Source of the DNA: Tubiluchus corallicola
Taxonomy: Eukaryota; Animalia; Priapulida
Reading direction: 5' to 3'
Length of the DNA stretch: 38,461 nt
Assembly: GCA_030141605.1 (NCBI GenBank)
Contig: JAQGDQ010001487.1
Coordinates: 1 to 38,461 of the forward strand
Part shown: piece after piece, positions 23,053 to 36,925 of the stretch
How positions within the stretch are numbered: the stretch's first letter is position 1
Layout: every line of letters starts with the position of its first letter
Notes under the pieces: model-generated
What the model was told of the DNA's origin: nothing
Database searches by the model: none
What the model saw: only the letters and a program-made list of their open reading frames with translations
Position numbers and translations under genes: made by a program

Positions 23053-23465
23053 ACAACAACAACAACAACAACTTTGTCTTTGCTATCATCACTTTTATTA
23101 CCATCATCATCATCATCATCGTCCATCCTCATCATTATCATCATTGTTGTCGTCGTCGTCATGTTCATCATCATCACCACTACCGTCCTCAGCCCTACCA
23201 CCATCCTCATCGCCATCATCATCACCCTGATCATAATCATCATTACCATCATCCTCACCACCAACAAAACCACCACCACCTCCACCGCCACCACCACCAC
23301 CACCATCGTCATCCCCATCATCATCATCCTCATCGTCATCATTATGTTTGTTCTTACTCTTGCAGCCCCTCAAATGCACTGCCAACGATGTTGCCGCTTC
23401 TGCTGCCGCCACCACCGCTGCCGCTGCCACCACCGCTACTGCTGTTGCAACTGGTATTACTGCTG
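22840..23465. repeat. CAT/CGT/CAC trinucleotide low-complexity tract, ending in GCC/GCT-rich repeats
   Basis: Visible compound microsatellite. Confidence 0.92.
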
Positions 23466-23789
23466 ACGCCACTAGAGCACTGCTATTGCTCGTTTCCTTT
23501 GCTGTACATCTACTGATGTTATTAATATTGCCACTTAGCTAATGATCTTTGGCAAATACGCGTCTAGATAAAGTCAGGTCGCGCATTGAAAACAAACAGA
23601 AGTGATTGGAGAATTCCAGTGTCTGAGTAGAACAATAACAATGTCTAAGTTGAACAATAACAATGATGTCAAATTACAAAACAATTCATGTTTCTGATTC
23701 TCACGTCACAACTTGACATCATTCTTTGGTTTTATGAGTCAGCAAGAAATTACGCCAAACTCGGTGAGGGAAAAAACTAGAACATTAGT

Positions 23790-24032
23790 GATAGCAATGG
23801 CGATGATGATTTTGACAATGATGATCACGATGGTAATGATGATGATGATGAAGATGGTAATGATGACGACGACGACGATGATGATGAAGATGCTAATGAT
23901 GATGAGGAAGATGATGGTGATGATAATGATGACGACAACGACAACGATGATGAGGATGATAATGATGGTGATAACAACGATAATGACAACGATGAAGATG
24001 GTAATGATGATGATGATGATGATGGTGATGAC

Positions 24033-24077
<45 letters not shown>

Positions 24078-24380
24078 AACAACGATAACGACGACCACGA
24101 CGACGATGATGATATATTATGTATAATATTATAATGTATATATTATGTATAATATTATATATTGCATATATATATATATTGTATATAATATGTATATATT
24201 ATATATACTAAATCATATGCTATGCAATAATGATGATGATGGCAACGATGACAATGAAAATGGGGCTGTTAATTAAGTTTCTAAGTACGCACGCGCTAAT
24301 GATGAAGATGACGATGAGGATGATGATGATAACGACGACGGCGGTGGCGGCGATGACGATGATGCTAATGATGATAGCTA
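23790..24380. repeat. GAT/GAC microsatellite tracts with an AT-rich interruption (24113-24210)
   Basis: Visible repeats. Confidence 0.92.
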
Positions 24381-25250
24381 ATTTAAAGTTTTAAGTATGC
24401 GATGTGCACACCAACACTAATTAAGAACAAATAAAATTAATGATGAATATACTTTTGTGCAAAAATGTTAAACCGATAAATTCTCATCTTTTTATCAACA
24501 TTTCATAAGGTGGGAATCTTTCAATATTCCAGCAAGAAATCAAATGGCTTCCAGGAATACCAGAGGAAAAGATGATGAAACCCTGAAATTCTACGACTTG
24601 ACACTTATCAATCCCATCATCCTCTACTGGGCCACATAACGCTGGTAATAAAAAACCTTTTAGCCCTAATTGTACTCGCACTGATGGAAAAGATGCACCG
24701 AATGAAGAGGAGACAGGCGCCTCCGCGGGGTGAAATATTGGAGCGAGTGGTAAGAGGCAATAATCGTAACAAGGTTTTTGTTAAGACGTTCTGGTTTAAG
24801 TTGTAATCTTTTCGCCACGTGGCGTAATGCAGTGGATTTAAACAAAATGTCGGCAGTAAATAATGGCGCGTGCATAAGAGAGTCAAACATAATCCTAGAA
24901 TACACAGTAAACTAAAATAGACCGAGACAGCTGCTGCTGGGGGCGTTCCGTTTCTCAGAGATTGATTTTATTTCGCTTTTTCCGAAGGTTTTCGTTTGGC
25001 TGAAAGTCAAAATAAATACGTAACCCCTAACGGGCGGTTTGCTTCTGTAGTAGATTACTGAAAGGGTTTCTTTCACTTTTACTGACGTATTTCTGTCTTT
25101 CGAACAGGGACAACTCGTTTATTTGAGAGAAAATTGTTCATTAGAGGCGTCGGAATCGTGGTCTGGAGTTTAGGAACTGGTCGTTGAATTGTGAGATACA
25201 GTGGGGTCAAGCAAAACATACTGCGTCTGTTAACAATAATAATAATGTGT

Positions 25251-25375
<125 letters not shown>

Positions 25376-25467
25376 GGCCAGTCTAACAACATTATTAGGC
25401 TAAAGTTTACTATCCTCGCACACAAAAAATTAGTTCGTGAAGCGGATTGGAATTGGGATAGGCTTAA

Positions 25468-25874
25468 GGTTAGGGTTTGGTTAGGGTTTCGAGTAGGGTT
25501 TGGGTTAGGGTAGGTTAGGGTTACTGTTTTGGGTAGGGTTACAGTAAGCGTAGGGTCAGGGTTAGGATTTTGGGTAGGGTTAGGGTTAGGGTAAGTTGGG
25601 GTTAGGGTTTTGGGTAGTGTTAGAGTTAGAGTTAGGGTAGGTTAGGGTTTTGGGTAGAGCTAGAGTAAAGGTAGGGCTAGGGTTTGGTTAGGGTCGGGGT
25701 TAGGGTTAGGGTTTGGTTAGGGGTTTGGGTAGGGTTAGAGTTAGAGTTAGGGAAGGTTAGGGTTAGGGTTAGAATCAGGGTTGGGTCAGCGTCGGGGTTG
25801 CCGTTAGGGTTAGGGTTTGGTTACAGTTAGGTTCAGGGTTTGGTTACAGTTAGGGTGGGGGTTAAGACTAGGGT
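25468..25874 (+). repeat. Degenerate (TTAGGG)n telomere-like interstitial tract
   Basis: Many GGGTTA hexamers mixed with TTTGG, TAGGG and TTAGAG variants. Confidence 0.88.
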
Positions 25875-26215
25875 ATTTAAATTGTCTGGGGAATTGTAAA
25901 CTCTTTCCGAATATTACAATTTCTATTATTTTGAAATAAAACGAATCCTCAACAAATGATGGAATAAACTCTCGCTTCTTAGACTTCCACACCAAACGAG
26001 GAATTTCGGGATGAATCATGATTGAACTTGAAGCACTTGAATAAGGTCCCTGGTTCAAACCCTGACCGAGTCCGATCTTTTCACGTTTCCTGCTTTCACG
26101 CAAATTTGGTTTTCAAATTTCTACATTTTTGAGTTTTTTCCATCACTAATCAATAATCTTGCAATTAAGAGCACGAATGATTATCGATTTTCCTGTACAC
26201 TTCACTTTCGATTAC

Positions 26216-26305
26216 CTTTTCCAAAGGAACGTTCCCTTGCTGGATGTCAGTATCCCCCTTGTTCTTCTTTTTCTTCCTAGACTTCTCTGAGAAGCAGTTG
26301 CCCAT
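26216..26305 (-). CDS. Candidate first coding exon, MGNCFSEKSRKKKKNKGDTDIQQGNVPLEK (acylation motif plus polybasic N-terminus)
   Basis: ATG in AGGATGG context; Gly2/Cys4/Ser6 plus a lysine cluster; donor AAG|GTAATC after exactly 30 codons; possible acceptor TTTCATTACAG| before 26336. Confidence 0.55.
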
Positions 26306-26764
26306 CCTGACTGCGCATGCGTGAGCTACAAGCTACCTGTAATGAAATATCGTTAGAACTCGTCGTTTTGCACCAAATCAGTGTGGATGGAGCTTTATCA
26401 AAGGCAAAATTTTTGTAACGAGTAGTATAAACACTGTTCTTGATTTTTAGTATTTTACGCTCACGGACAGGGTTTATTAAGAATGCTGCAACTGTAGCAA
26501 GTGTACTGCAAGTGTAGATTGTCTGTGCGTCTGTCTATTCGTCGCTGGGCAACAATTAATCCCTATAAGGCACGAGACAAATTGGTGTAAACACACCACA
26601 ATTTACATTTCACCCAAAAATCATGTCGTAGGCTTAGCTTAAAACTACTTTCTGATCTTTTTTAAGCTTTATCAGCTTTAATTAATGATGCTTAAATGTT
26701 TCAAGCACTTGGAATGAGATAAAATACGCTGCGACGAGTGGAAAGGTAAGGTAATCTCCGCTCA

Positions 26765-27135
26765 AAGGAAGACAGGATGATTTTTCGTAAACTACTCCAT
26801 TTTCACGTTGGTTAAAAAGTATACATTTTTACACATTGCAAATACTGCAAAAGTGTTTCTGTTAATTAAATAATAAATTAAAAACTTAATTAACGGCGGT
26901 CGAGCTCAACTATTGACGACGTCGCAAACTAACATTATTTTCAGCAGCAAAAATATTCCACGAGCGCGTTGTACGTGTTTGCGAAAGCGAAAATTGAAGT
27001 ACATTGCTACTGTAAGATATTCAGTGTGTTGCACTAAGACTAGTCAAGTTTTACGATAAAAATTCAATTTTCAAATTTACCGCTGTGCTCAAGCATGAGC
27101 TGTTGAACATGTGTAGTTCGTCACAAACTAACACA
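26765..27135 (+). mobile_element. MITE-like dispersed repeat (same family as 36475, 37050, 37450 and 38060)
   Basis: AGGAAGACAGGATGATTTTTC...GTGTTTGCGAAAGCGAAAATTGAAGTACA...TAAGATATTCAGTGTGTTG, colinear with 37450-37805. Confidence 0.7.
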
Positions 27136-27144
27136 TACAATTAC

Positions 27145-27147
<3 letters not shown>

Positions 27148-27243
<96 letters not shown>

Positions 27244-27265
27244 CTTTATTATTATTATTATTATC
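27148..27265. repeat. (TAT)n microsatellite
   Basis: Nearly pure run. Confidence 0.97.
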
Positions 27266-27433
27266 TTTAAATACAGCAGAAAATACCATTTCAATGTTTC
27301 TACAGATTCAAAGTACAGCACTGATATTGTCTCTCATTGAAAATATATTTGTTTCATATTTATTACCTTAAAAATCACTGACGGATTTTGGTAAAAACAT
27401 TTTCTTGAATAAGTTGCATAATTTACTAACTGC

Positions 27434-27495
27434 ATGCGTAGGCGTATGTGGATATGCGTAGGCGTACGTGGATGTGCGTAGGCGTACGTGGATAT
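27434..27495. repeat. 20-bp tandem repeat x3 (TGCGTAGGCGTACGTGGATA)
   Basis: Visible. Confidence 0.85.
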
Positions 27496-27827
27496 ACTGT
27501 CCTTTGAGTGACATTATGTAAATGGTTACTTGTTGTACGTGTGAATTTTGACAGTTGTATGATCTGTTCTATTATAATTTCTCTAATTTTCGATTTAGGT
27601 TTTAATATCGTAAATATATTTTATGATTATGTTTTATTAATATTTTAATGCAGAGTTTAAGTCTGCAACAACAGTGTAAATTGAGTTGAATATAATGTTA
27701 GTTTAACAATGAGTTTAATTAATTAATTAACTAATAAAAACTGATAAGTCTAATTACACAGAGTTGAGGTGTTTAGATTTAGCATTACCAGAAGTCAAAA
27801 ACCCTTTCGAAGCTCCCCGGTATATAG

Positions 27828-28335
27828 TATGACACGTTTGCGTTCATTATGCGTTCACTATATTTAATGATGATGATGATGACGATGATGATGGTGACGT
27901 TCACTAATTAAGAAACTTTTCTTGTGTCCAATTTATATTGTATGACACGTTTGCGTTCATTATGCGTTCACTATATTTAATAATGATGATGATGACGATG
28001 ATGATGGTGACGTTCACTAATTAAGAAACTTTTCTTGTGTCCAATTTATATTGTATGACACGTTTGCGTTCATTATGCGTTCACTATATTTAATGATGAT
28101 GATGACGATGACGACGTCGACGACGATGATGGTAATGATGACGATGATGTCGACGATGAGGACGACGATGATGATGATGACGACGACGACAAGGACGATG
28201 ACGACGACGATGATGTTGATGATAATGATGACGATGATGATGATGATGACGACGACAAAGACGATGAGGACGACGATGATGATGATGACGACAAGGACGC
28301 TGACGACGACGATGATGATAATGACGTTGACTAAC
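27828..28335. repeat. 113-bp tandem repeat (units at 27828, 27941, 28054); the third unit has an expanded GAT/GAC tract
   Basis: TATGACACGTTTGCGTTCATTATGCGTTCACTATATTTAA recurs every 113 bp. Confidence 0.9.
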
Positions 28336-29207
28336 AAACGTGAATTTGCAAAAATAATGAATTTTGCGCATTTCCTGCATTTGTATTTTTATTCTATTTA
28401 TTTTATTTATTTATAATACATCTATGAACTGAAGTCAAGAGACTTACATGTCCATGAAAAACATCGTAAAATATATCGAAATTGTACAGCAAGTAAAATT
28501 ACAGCAAAAAGTAGAAAATACATAGTATATGGTTAGTACAATATAAACACACTGGCAAATTAATTAGTTAATTAATTAATTAGGTAAATAAATTAAAAGT
28601 GCCGGTGAAAAGATTAAAACTTGATTAGTACGATGAAATTATATAATTATGGTAAAAAATTTACATCTTACATCATTTATCAACTCACCTATTTTCTAGT
28701 AAATATTTTTTTCAAAGTTTCTTAAATTTATTTGCATTACTGGCTTGTTTTATTTTACTGGGTAAATTACTCCACATTGTAGAATTCCGAAATACCTTTT
28801 GCAAGAAATAAAAACGGAAAACTGCATCAAATACTGCAATTTTATTTACTCTTATTTATTTTTGCTTATACTTTATTAAATTTAAGCACTTTTGTGATAA
28901 AATAAGAAATAATGACTTACAAAAATCGTTCCTCAAATTCTTTGCTGCATGGCCGCTCCCTGTGTGACGTAAGCAAATTAACATATGCACATGATTATAA
29001 TAAAAGCTCACTACTTTAATATATTATATATTATATATATTATATTTAATATATGCGGGAGTTTTTTTCGTTTTAAAATCACTTTTTCACATTTCATATG
29101 TTACACGCGGCACTTAAATCAGCTCAGAATCGCAAAAACATTTTAATTAGTTTAAACATTAGTTAAAACTCATAAAAACCAGTTATAATAATTTTTTTAC
29201 TTTTCTA

Positions 29208-30836
29208 GCGTGACTTCTAAATTACGGAAACACAAATCAGCTATTATTGTTTTACCGACTAAACAAAATCGCGTGACTTTTAAATTTCGGAAACACAAAT
29301 CAGCTATTATTGTTTTACCGACTAAACAAAATCGCGTGACTTTTAAATTTCGGAAACACAAATCAGCTATTATTGTTTTACCGACTAAACAAAATCGCGT
29401 GACTTCTAAATTTCGGAAACACAAATCAGCTATTATTGTTTTACCGACTAAACAAAATCGCGTGACTTTTAAATTTCGGAAACACAAATCAGCTATTATT
29501 GTTTTACCGACTAAACAAAATCGCGTGACTTCTAAATTTCGGAAACACAAATCAGCTACTATTGTTTTACCGACTAAACAAAATCGCGTGACTTCTAAAT
29601 TTCGGAAACACAAATCAGCTATTATTGTTTTACCGACTAAACAAAATCGCGTGACTTTTAAATTTCGGAAACACAAATCGGCTATTATTGTTTTACCGAC
29701 TAAACAAAATCGCTTGACTTCTAAATTTCGGAAACACAAATCAGCTATTATTGTTTTACCGACTAAACAAAATCGCCTGACTTCTAAATTTCGGAAACAC
29801 AAATCAGCTATTATTGTTTTACCGACTAAACAAAATCGCGTGACTTCTAAATTTCGGAAACACAAATCAGCTATTATTGTTTTACCGACTAAACAAAATC
29901 GCGTGACTTCTAAATTTCGGAAACACAAATCAGCTATTATTGTTTTACCGACTAAACAAAATCGCGTGATTTCTAAATTTCGGAAACACAAATCAGCTAC
30001 TATTGTTTTACCGACTAAACAAAATCGCCTGACTTCTAAATTTCGGAAACACAAATCAGCTATTATTGTTTTACCGACTAAACAAAATCGCGTGACTTCT
30101 AAATTTCGGAAACACAAATCAGCTACTATTGTTTTACCGACTAAACAAAATCGCCTGACTTTTAAATTTCGGAAACACAAATCAGCTACTATTGTTTTAC
30201 CGCCTAAACAAAATCGCGCGACTTTTAAATTACGGAAACACAAATCAGTTACTATTGTTTTACCGACTAAACAAAATCGCGTGACTTTTAAATTACGGAA
30301 ACACAAATCAGCTATTATTGTTTTACCGACTAAACAAAATCGCGTGACTTCTAAATTACGGAAACACAAATCAGCTATTATTGTTTTACCGACTAAACAA
30401 AATCGCGTGACTTCTAAATTACGGAAACACAAATCAGCTATTATTGTTTTACCGACTAAACAAAATCGCCTGACTTCTAAATTTCGGAAACACAAATCAG
30501 CTACTTTTGTTTTACTGACTAAACAAAATCGTGTGACTTTTAAATTTCGGAAACACAAATCAGCTACTATTGTTTACCGACTAAACAAAATCGTGTGACT
30601 TTTAAATTTCGGAAACACAAATCAGCTACTATTGTTTACCGACTAAATAAAATCGCGTGACTTCTAAATTACAGAAACACAAATCAGCTACTATTGTTTA
30701 CCGACTAAACAAAATCGCGTGACTTTTAAATTATGGAAACACAAATAAGCTATTATTGTTTTACCGACTAAACAAAATCGCGTGACTTTTAAATTACGGA
30801 AACACAAATCAGCTATTATTGTTTTACCGACTAAAC
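29208..30836. repeat. 57-bp minisatellite, ~28 copies
   Basis: Unit GCGTGACTTCTAAATTTCGGAAACACAAATCAGCTATTATTGTTTTACCGACTAAACAAAATC-like; 19-aa periodicity in both ORFs. Confidence 0.97.
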
Positions 30837-31374
30837 GGGAACAATGCGCGCCGTTTTTCAATGAAAATTTCACAATTAACAATCACTGCACAAAAAAGTA
30901 TTAAAAATATACACCACTCGTTTAATACTCACTACAGAATTCTGTTTTCTCGTGTTTCTAAACACCAAAAGACTCTATCATCACTTTGCGACGCTTTCGC
31001 ACGAACAACTTGCACAAATTCTTGCAGGAAGTAGCGCAAGTCACCTCTCGCGAACCGAGCGGGAGTGGCTTCATACTTGTGCACTTCAACTGTGCAGGTT
31101 TATGCTACATACACACGCATTAGTAAATGGCTCTATTGCGAGTATTATTTTAACTAAGCGAAAAGAAACACTGTGTTACTGAGACTGTATACATCTCCGA
31201 AATCCACAACACCATTAGCTAAACAGTTGCAACCGAAGTTTCGCCTCCCCGTGCGCATGCGCGTGAGACCCCTGACAAATGTACTAAAAGCGCCGGGCTT
31301 CGTTTGACAATTGAATTTTTCCTGAGATAATTTGATTATCTTTCGGTCGTATTAGATTATGTGACAGATGAGGA

Positions 31375-34300
31375 AGGAAATGTCAAGAGACAAAGCGTCA
31401 TTGATTAAAATACTAGAGGAATGGACGAACAGACAGCAGGGAGAAATGTCAAGAGACAAAGCGTCATTGATTAAGATGCTAGAGGAGTGGACGAACAGAC
31501 AGCAGGGAGAAACGTCAAGAGACAAAGCGTCATTGATTAAGATGCTAGAGGAGTGGACGAACAGACAGCAGGGAGAAATGTCAAGAGACAAAGCGTCATT
31601 GATTAAGATGCTAGAGGAGTGGACGAACAGACAGCAGGGAGAAACGTCAAGAGACAAAGCGTCATTGATTAAGATGCTAGAGGAGTGGACGAACAGACAG
31701 CAGGGAGAAACGTCAAGAGACAAAGCGTCATTGATTAAGATGCTAGAGGAATGGACGAACAGACAGCAGGGAGAAACGTCAAGAGACAAAGCGTCATTGA
31801 TTAAGATGCTAGAGGAGTGAACGAACAGACAGCAAGGAGAAACGTCAAGAGACAAAGCGTCACTGATTAAGATGCTAGAGGAATGGACGAACAGACAGCA
31901 GGGAGAAACGTCAAGAGACAAAGCGTCATTGATTAAGATGCTAGAGGAGTGAACGAACAGACAGCAGGGAGAAATGTCAAGAGACAAAGCGTCATTGATT
32001 AAGATGCTAGAGGAGTGGACGAACAGACAGCAGGGAGAAACGTCAAGAGACAAAGCGTCATTGATTAAGATGCTAGAGGAGTGGACGAACAGACAGCAGG
32101 GAGAAACGTCAAGAGACAAAGCATCATTGATTAAGATGCTAGAGGAGTGGACGAACAGACAGCAGGGAGAAACGTCAAGAGACAAAGCATCATTGATTAA
32201 GATGCTAGAGGAGTGGACGAACAGACAGCAAGGAGAAACGTCAAGAGACAAAGCATCACTGATTAAAATACTGGAGGAATGGACGAACAGACAGCAGGGA
32301 GAAACGTCAAGAGACAAAGCGTCACTGATTAAAATACTAGAGGAGTGAACGAACAGACAGCAAGGAGAAATGTCAAGAGACAAAGCGTCACTGATTAAAA
32401 TACTAGAGGAGTGGACGAACAGACAGCAGGGAGAAACGTCAAGAGACAAAGCGTCATTGATTAAAATACTAGAGGAGTGGACGAACAGACAGCAGGGAGA
32501 AACGTCAAGAGACAAAGCGTCATTGATTAAAATACTAGAGGAGTGGACGAACAGACAGCAGGGAGAAACGTCAAGAGACAAAGCGTCATTGATTAAGATG
32601 CTAGAGGAGTGGACGAACAGACAGCAGGGAGAAATGTCAAGAGACAAAGCGTCACTGATTAAAATACTAGAGGAGTGGACGAACAGACAGCAGGGAGAAA
32701 CGTCAAGAGACAAAGCGTCACTGATTAAGATGCTAGAGGAGTGGACGAACAGACAGCAGGGAGAAATGTCAAGAGACAAAGCGTCACTGATTAAAATACT
32801 AGAGGAATGGACGAACAGACAGCAGGGAGAAACGTCAAGAGACAAAGCGTCACTGATTAAGATGCTAGAGGAGTGGACGAACAGACAGCAGGGAGAAACG
32901 TCAAGAGACAAAGCGTCATTGATTAAAATACTAGAGGAGTGGACGAACAGACAGCAGGGAGAAACGTCAAGAGACAAAGCGTCATTGATTAAAATACTAG
33001 AGGAGTGGACGAACAGACAGCAAGGAGAAACGTCAAGAGACAAAGCGTCACTGATTAAAATACTAGAGGAATGGACGAACAGACAGCAGGGAGAAACGTC
33101 AAGAGACAAAGCGTCATTGATTAAGATGCTAGAGGAATGGGCGAACAGACAGCAAGGAGAAATGTCAAGAGACAAAGCGTCACTGATTAAAATACTAGAG
33201 GAGTGAACGAACAGACAGCAGGGAGAAACGTTAAGAGACAAAGCGTCATTGATTAAAATACTAGAGGAATGGACGAACAGACAGCAGGGAGAAACGTCAA
33301 GAGACAAAGCGTCACTGATTAAAATACTAGAGGAATGGACGAACAGACAGCAGGGAGAAACGTCAAGAGACAAAGCATCACTGATTAAAATACTGGAGGA
33401 ATGGACGAACAGACAGCAAGGAGAAATGTCAAGAGACAAAGCGTCACTGATTAAAATACTAGAGGAGTGGACGAACAGACAGCAGGGAGAAACGTCAAGA
33501 GACAAAGCGTCACTGATTAAAATACTAGAGGAGTGGACGAACAGACAGCAGGGAGAAATGTCAAGAGACAAAGCATCACTGATTAAAATACTAGAGGAAT
33601 GGACGAACAGACAGCGGGGAGAAACGTCAAAAGACAAAGCATCACTGATTAAAATACTAGAGGAGTGAACGAACAGACAGCAAGGAGAAATGTCAAGAGA
33701 CAAAGCGTCACTGATTAAAATACTAGAGGAGTGGACGAACAGACAGCAGGGAGAAACGTCAAGAGACAAAGCGTCATTGATTAAAATACTAGAGGAGTGG
33801 ACGAACAGACAGCAGGGAGAAACGTCAAGAGACAAAGCGTCACTGATTAAGATGCTAGAGGAGTGGACGAACAGACAGCAGGGAGAAACGTCAAGAGACA
33901 AAGCGTCACTGATTAAAATACTAGAGGAGTGGACGAACAGACAGCAGGGAGAAACGTCAAGAGACAAAGCGTCATTGATTAAGATGCTAGAGGAGTGGAC
34001 GAACAGACAGCAGGGAGAAACGTCAAGAGACAAAGCGTCACTGATTAAAATACTAGAGGAATGGACGAACAGACAGCAAGGAGAAATGTCAAGAGACAAA
34101 GCATCACTGATTAAAATACTAGAGGAATGGACGAACAGACAGCAAGGAGAAATGTCAAGAGACAAAGCATCACTGATTAAAATACTAAAGGAGTGGACGA
34201 ACAGACAGCAGGGAGAAACGTCAAGAGTCAAAGCGTCACTGATTAAAATACTAGAGGAATGGACTAACAGACAGCAGGGAGAAACGTCAAGAGACAAAGC

Positions 34301-34820
34301 ATCACTGATTAAAATACTGGAGGAATGGACGAACAGACAGCAGGGAGAAACGTCAAGAGACAAAGCGTCATTGATTAAAATACTGGAGGAATGGACGAAC
34401 AGACAGCAAGGAGAAATGTCAAGAGACAAAGCGTCATTGATTAAGATGCTAGAGGAATGGACGAACAGACAGCAGGGAGAAACGTCAAGAGACAAAGCGT
34501 CACTGATTAAAATACTAGAGGAGTGGACGAACAGACAGCAAGGAGAAACGTCAAGAGACAAAGCGTCATTGATTAAGAAGCTAGAGGAATGGACGAACAG
34601 ACAGCAGGGAGAAACGTCAAGAGACAAAGCGTCACTGATTAAAATACTAGAGGAATGGACGAACAGACAGCAGGGAGAAACGTCAAGAGACAAAGCGTCA
34701 CTGATTAAAATACTAGAGGAATGGACGAACAGACAGCAGGGAGAAACGTCAAGAGACAAAGCGTCACTGATTAAAATACTAGAGGAATGGACGAACAGAC
34801 AGCACGGAGAAACGTCAAGA
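31375..34820. repeat. 66-bp minisatellite, ~52 copies
   Basis: Unit GAGAAACGTCAAGAGACAAAGCGTCACTGATTAAAATACTAGAGGAGTGGACGAACAGACAGCAGG; 22-aa periodicity in the ORF track. Confidence 0.97.
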
Positions 34821-35965
34821 TAAATTCAATTTCAAACTCAAGCAGTAATAAATTCAATTTCAAACTCAAGCAGTGATAAATTCAATTTCAAACTCAAGCA
34901 GTGATAAATTCAATTTCAAACTCAAGCACTGATAAATTCATTTTCAAACTCAAGCAGTGATAAATTCAATTTCAAACTCAAGCAGTGATAAATTCATTTT
35001 CAAACTCAAGCAGTGATAAATTCAATTTCAAACTCAAGCAGTGATAAATTCATTTTCAAACTCAAGCGGTGATAAATTCAATTTCAAACTCAAGCAGTGA
35101 TAAATTCAATTTCAAACTCAAGCAGTGATAAATTCAATTTCAAACTCAAGCAGTGATAAATTCAATTTCAAACTCAAGCAGTGGTAAATTCAATTTCAAA
35201 TTCAAGCAGTGGTAAATTCAATTTCAAACTCAAGCAGTGATAAATTCAATTTCAAACTCAAGCAGTGATAAATTCAATTTCAAACTCAAGCAGTGATAAA
35301 TTCAATTTCAAACTCAAGCAGTGATAAATTCATTTTCAAACTCAAGCAGTGATAAATTCAATTTCAAACTCAATCAGTGATAAATTCAATTTCAAACTCA
35401 AGCAGTGATAAATTCAATTTCAAACTCAAGCAGTGATAAATTCAATTTCAAACTCAAGCAGTGATAAATTCATTTTCAAACTCAAGCAGTGATAAATTCA
35501 ATTTCAAACTCAAGCAGTGATAAATTCAATTTCAAACTCAAGCAGTGGTAAATTCAATTTCAAACTCAAGCAGTGATAAATTCAATTTCAAACTCAATCA
35601 GTGATAAATTCAATTTCAAACTCAATCAGTGATAAATTCAATTTCAAACTCAATCAGTGATAAATTCAATTTCAAACTCAAGCAGTGATAAATTCAATTT
35701 CAAACTCAAGCAGTGATAAATTCAATTTCAAACTCAAGCAGTGGTAAATTCAATTTCAAACTCAAGCAGTGATAAATTCAATTTCAAACTCAAGCAGTGA
35801 TAAATTCAATTTCAAACTCAAGCAGTGATAAATTCAATTTCAAACTCAAGCAGTGGTAAATTCAATTTCAAACTCAAGCAGTGATAAATTCAATTTCAAA
35901 CTCAAGCAGTGGTAAATTCAATTTCAAACTCAAGCAGTGATAAATTCAATTTCAAACCCAATCAG
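34819..35965. repeat. 28-bp minisatellite, ~41 copies
   Basis: Unit GATAAATTCAATTTCAAACTCAAGCAGT; period checked 34875 to 34903. Confidence 0.97.
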
Positions 35966-36925
35966 CACAAGCAGTAGGTAATTACCTATGCTTAATTAAT
36001 ACACTACAACAGGCGCATAAGTCTAACAAAGGTATACAAAGGACCTATTAAACTTTATTATAATGTTATACAAGAAAAATTCAGTATTGGGGGCTTAGTG
36101 GAAGCGGGATGTTTTTGCCCAGGGCATCAATCTACCTAGAGCCAGCATCCTGGAGGTGCTCAGAAGACGACTTCTCTTCGCAAATAACTAGCAACCTCCG
36201 ATTTCTGAGAGATGATGATACAATAGAGTAGTGCTACCATGGGGAGGGGGGGCTGATTGAGAACTACTACAGTGGAGAAGAGAAGAACGGTACTACTGCA
36301 CATGCGCAAGAAAGATCAGCCAAACAGTAGGGCAAATTTAGCTTAGCTTCGAGGACCCCACTGCTCAGTGCGAACACACCCTAACAAGGCGTTAATGCAA
36401 ATAATCTCTACTCTAGGCAACCATAATTTCCTTTTTAAATATAGAATCAATGCTGGTATTACTCAAGGTTCTGTTAAAGGAAGAGAGGATAATTTTCCAT
36501 GCATTGTCACCCCATTTTCAAGTCCGATAAAAAGTATACGATCAATATATCGGAGTTAGAAGCGTTTCGGAACTCCGGAGAGAAGGGAAGACCTTGGACA
36601 GGGTACAAATTTCTCGCATTTTCCCCACAATGTTTTGAGAGTCAAGTTAGTATATTTGTAATGATACTGTACATAACGTTGTTTGCAACCCAGTATTAAA
36701 TAAAGTAGCAATATCACTACGTTTGTTTACCATAGGTTGTTTACCGTGGGATCGGTAGTACTAGATTCTTCATACCAAACCCGTTTTCACGCAAATTCAT
36801 TCAGCTTTCCATTTACCACTCGTGAGAAATCAGATCTGTCAAGGTGAATCCCACTGATGAAATATAATGTAATAGACAGAGAGGCCATCTAAGTATAAAA
36901 CGGAAAAAGTAAATATACGTCATAT

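Noticed and set aside
29197-30598. 453-aa and 462-aa ORFs on both strands
   Set aside because: A 57-bp satellite open on both strands by chance; 1-bp-deleted units break the frame near 30570.
31352-34823. 1135-aa minus-strand ORF and plus-strand 22-aa repeat ORFs
   Set aside because: They result from a 66-bp unit divisible by 3; the plus frame is broken by recurrent TGG to TGA changes and there is no unique domain.
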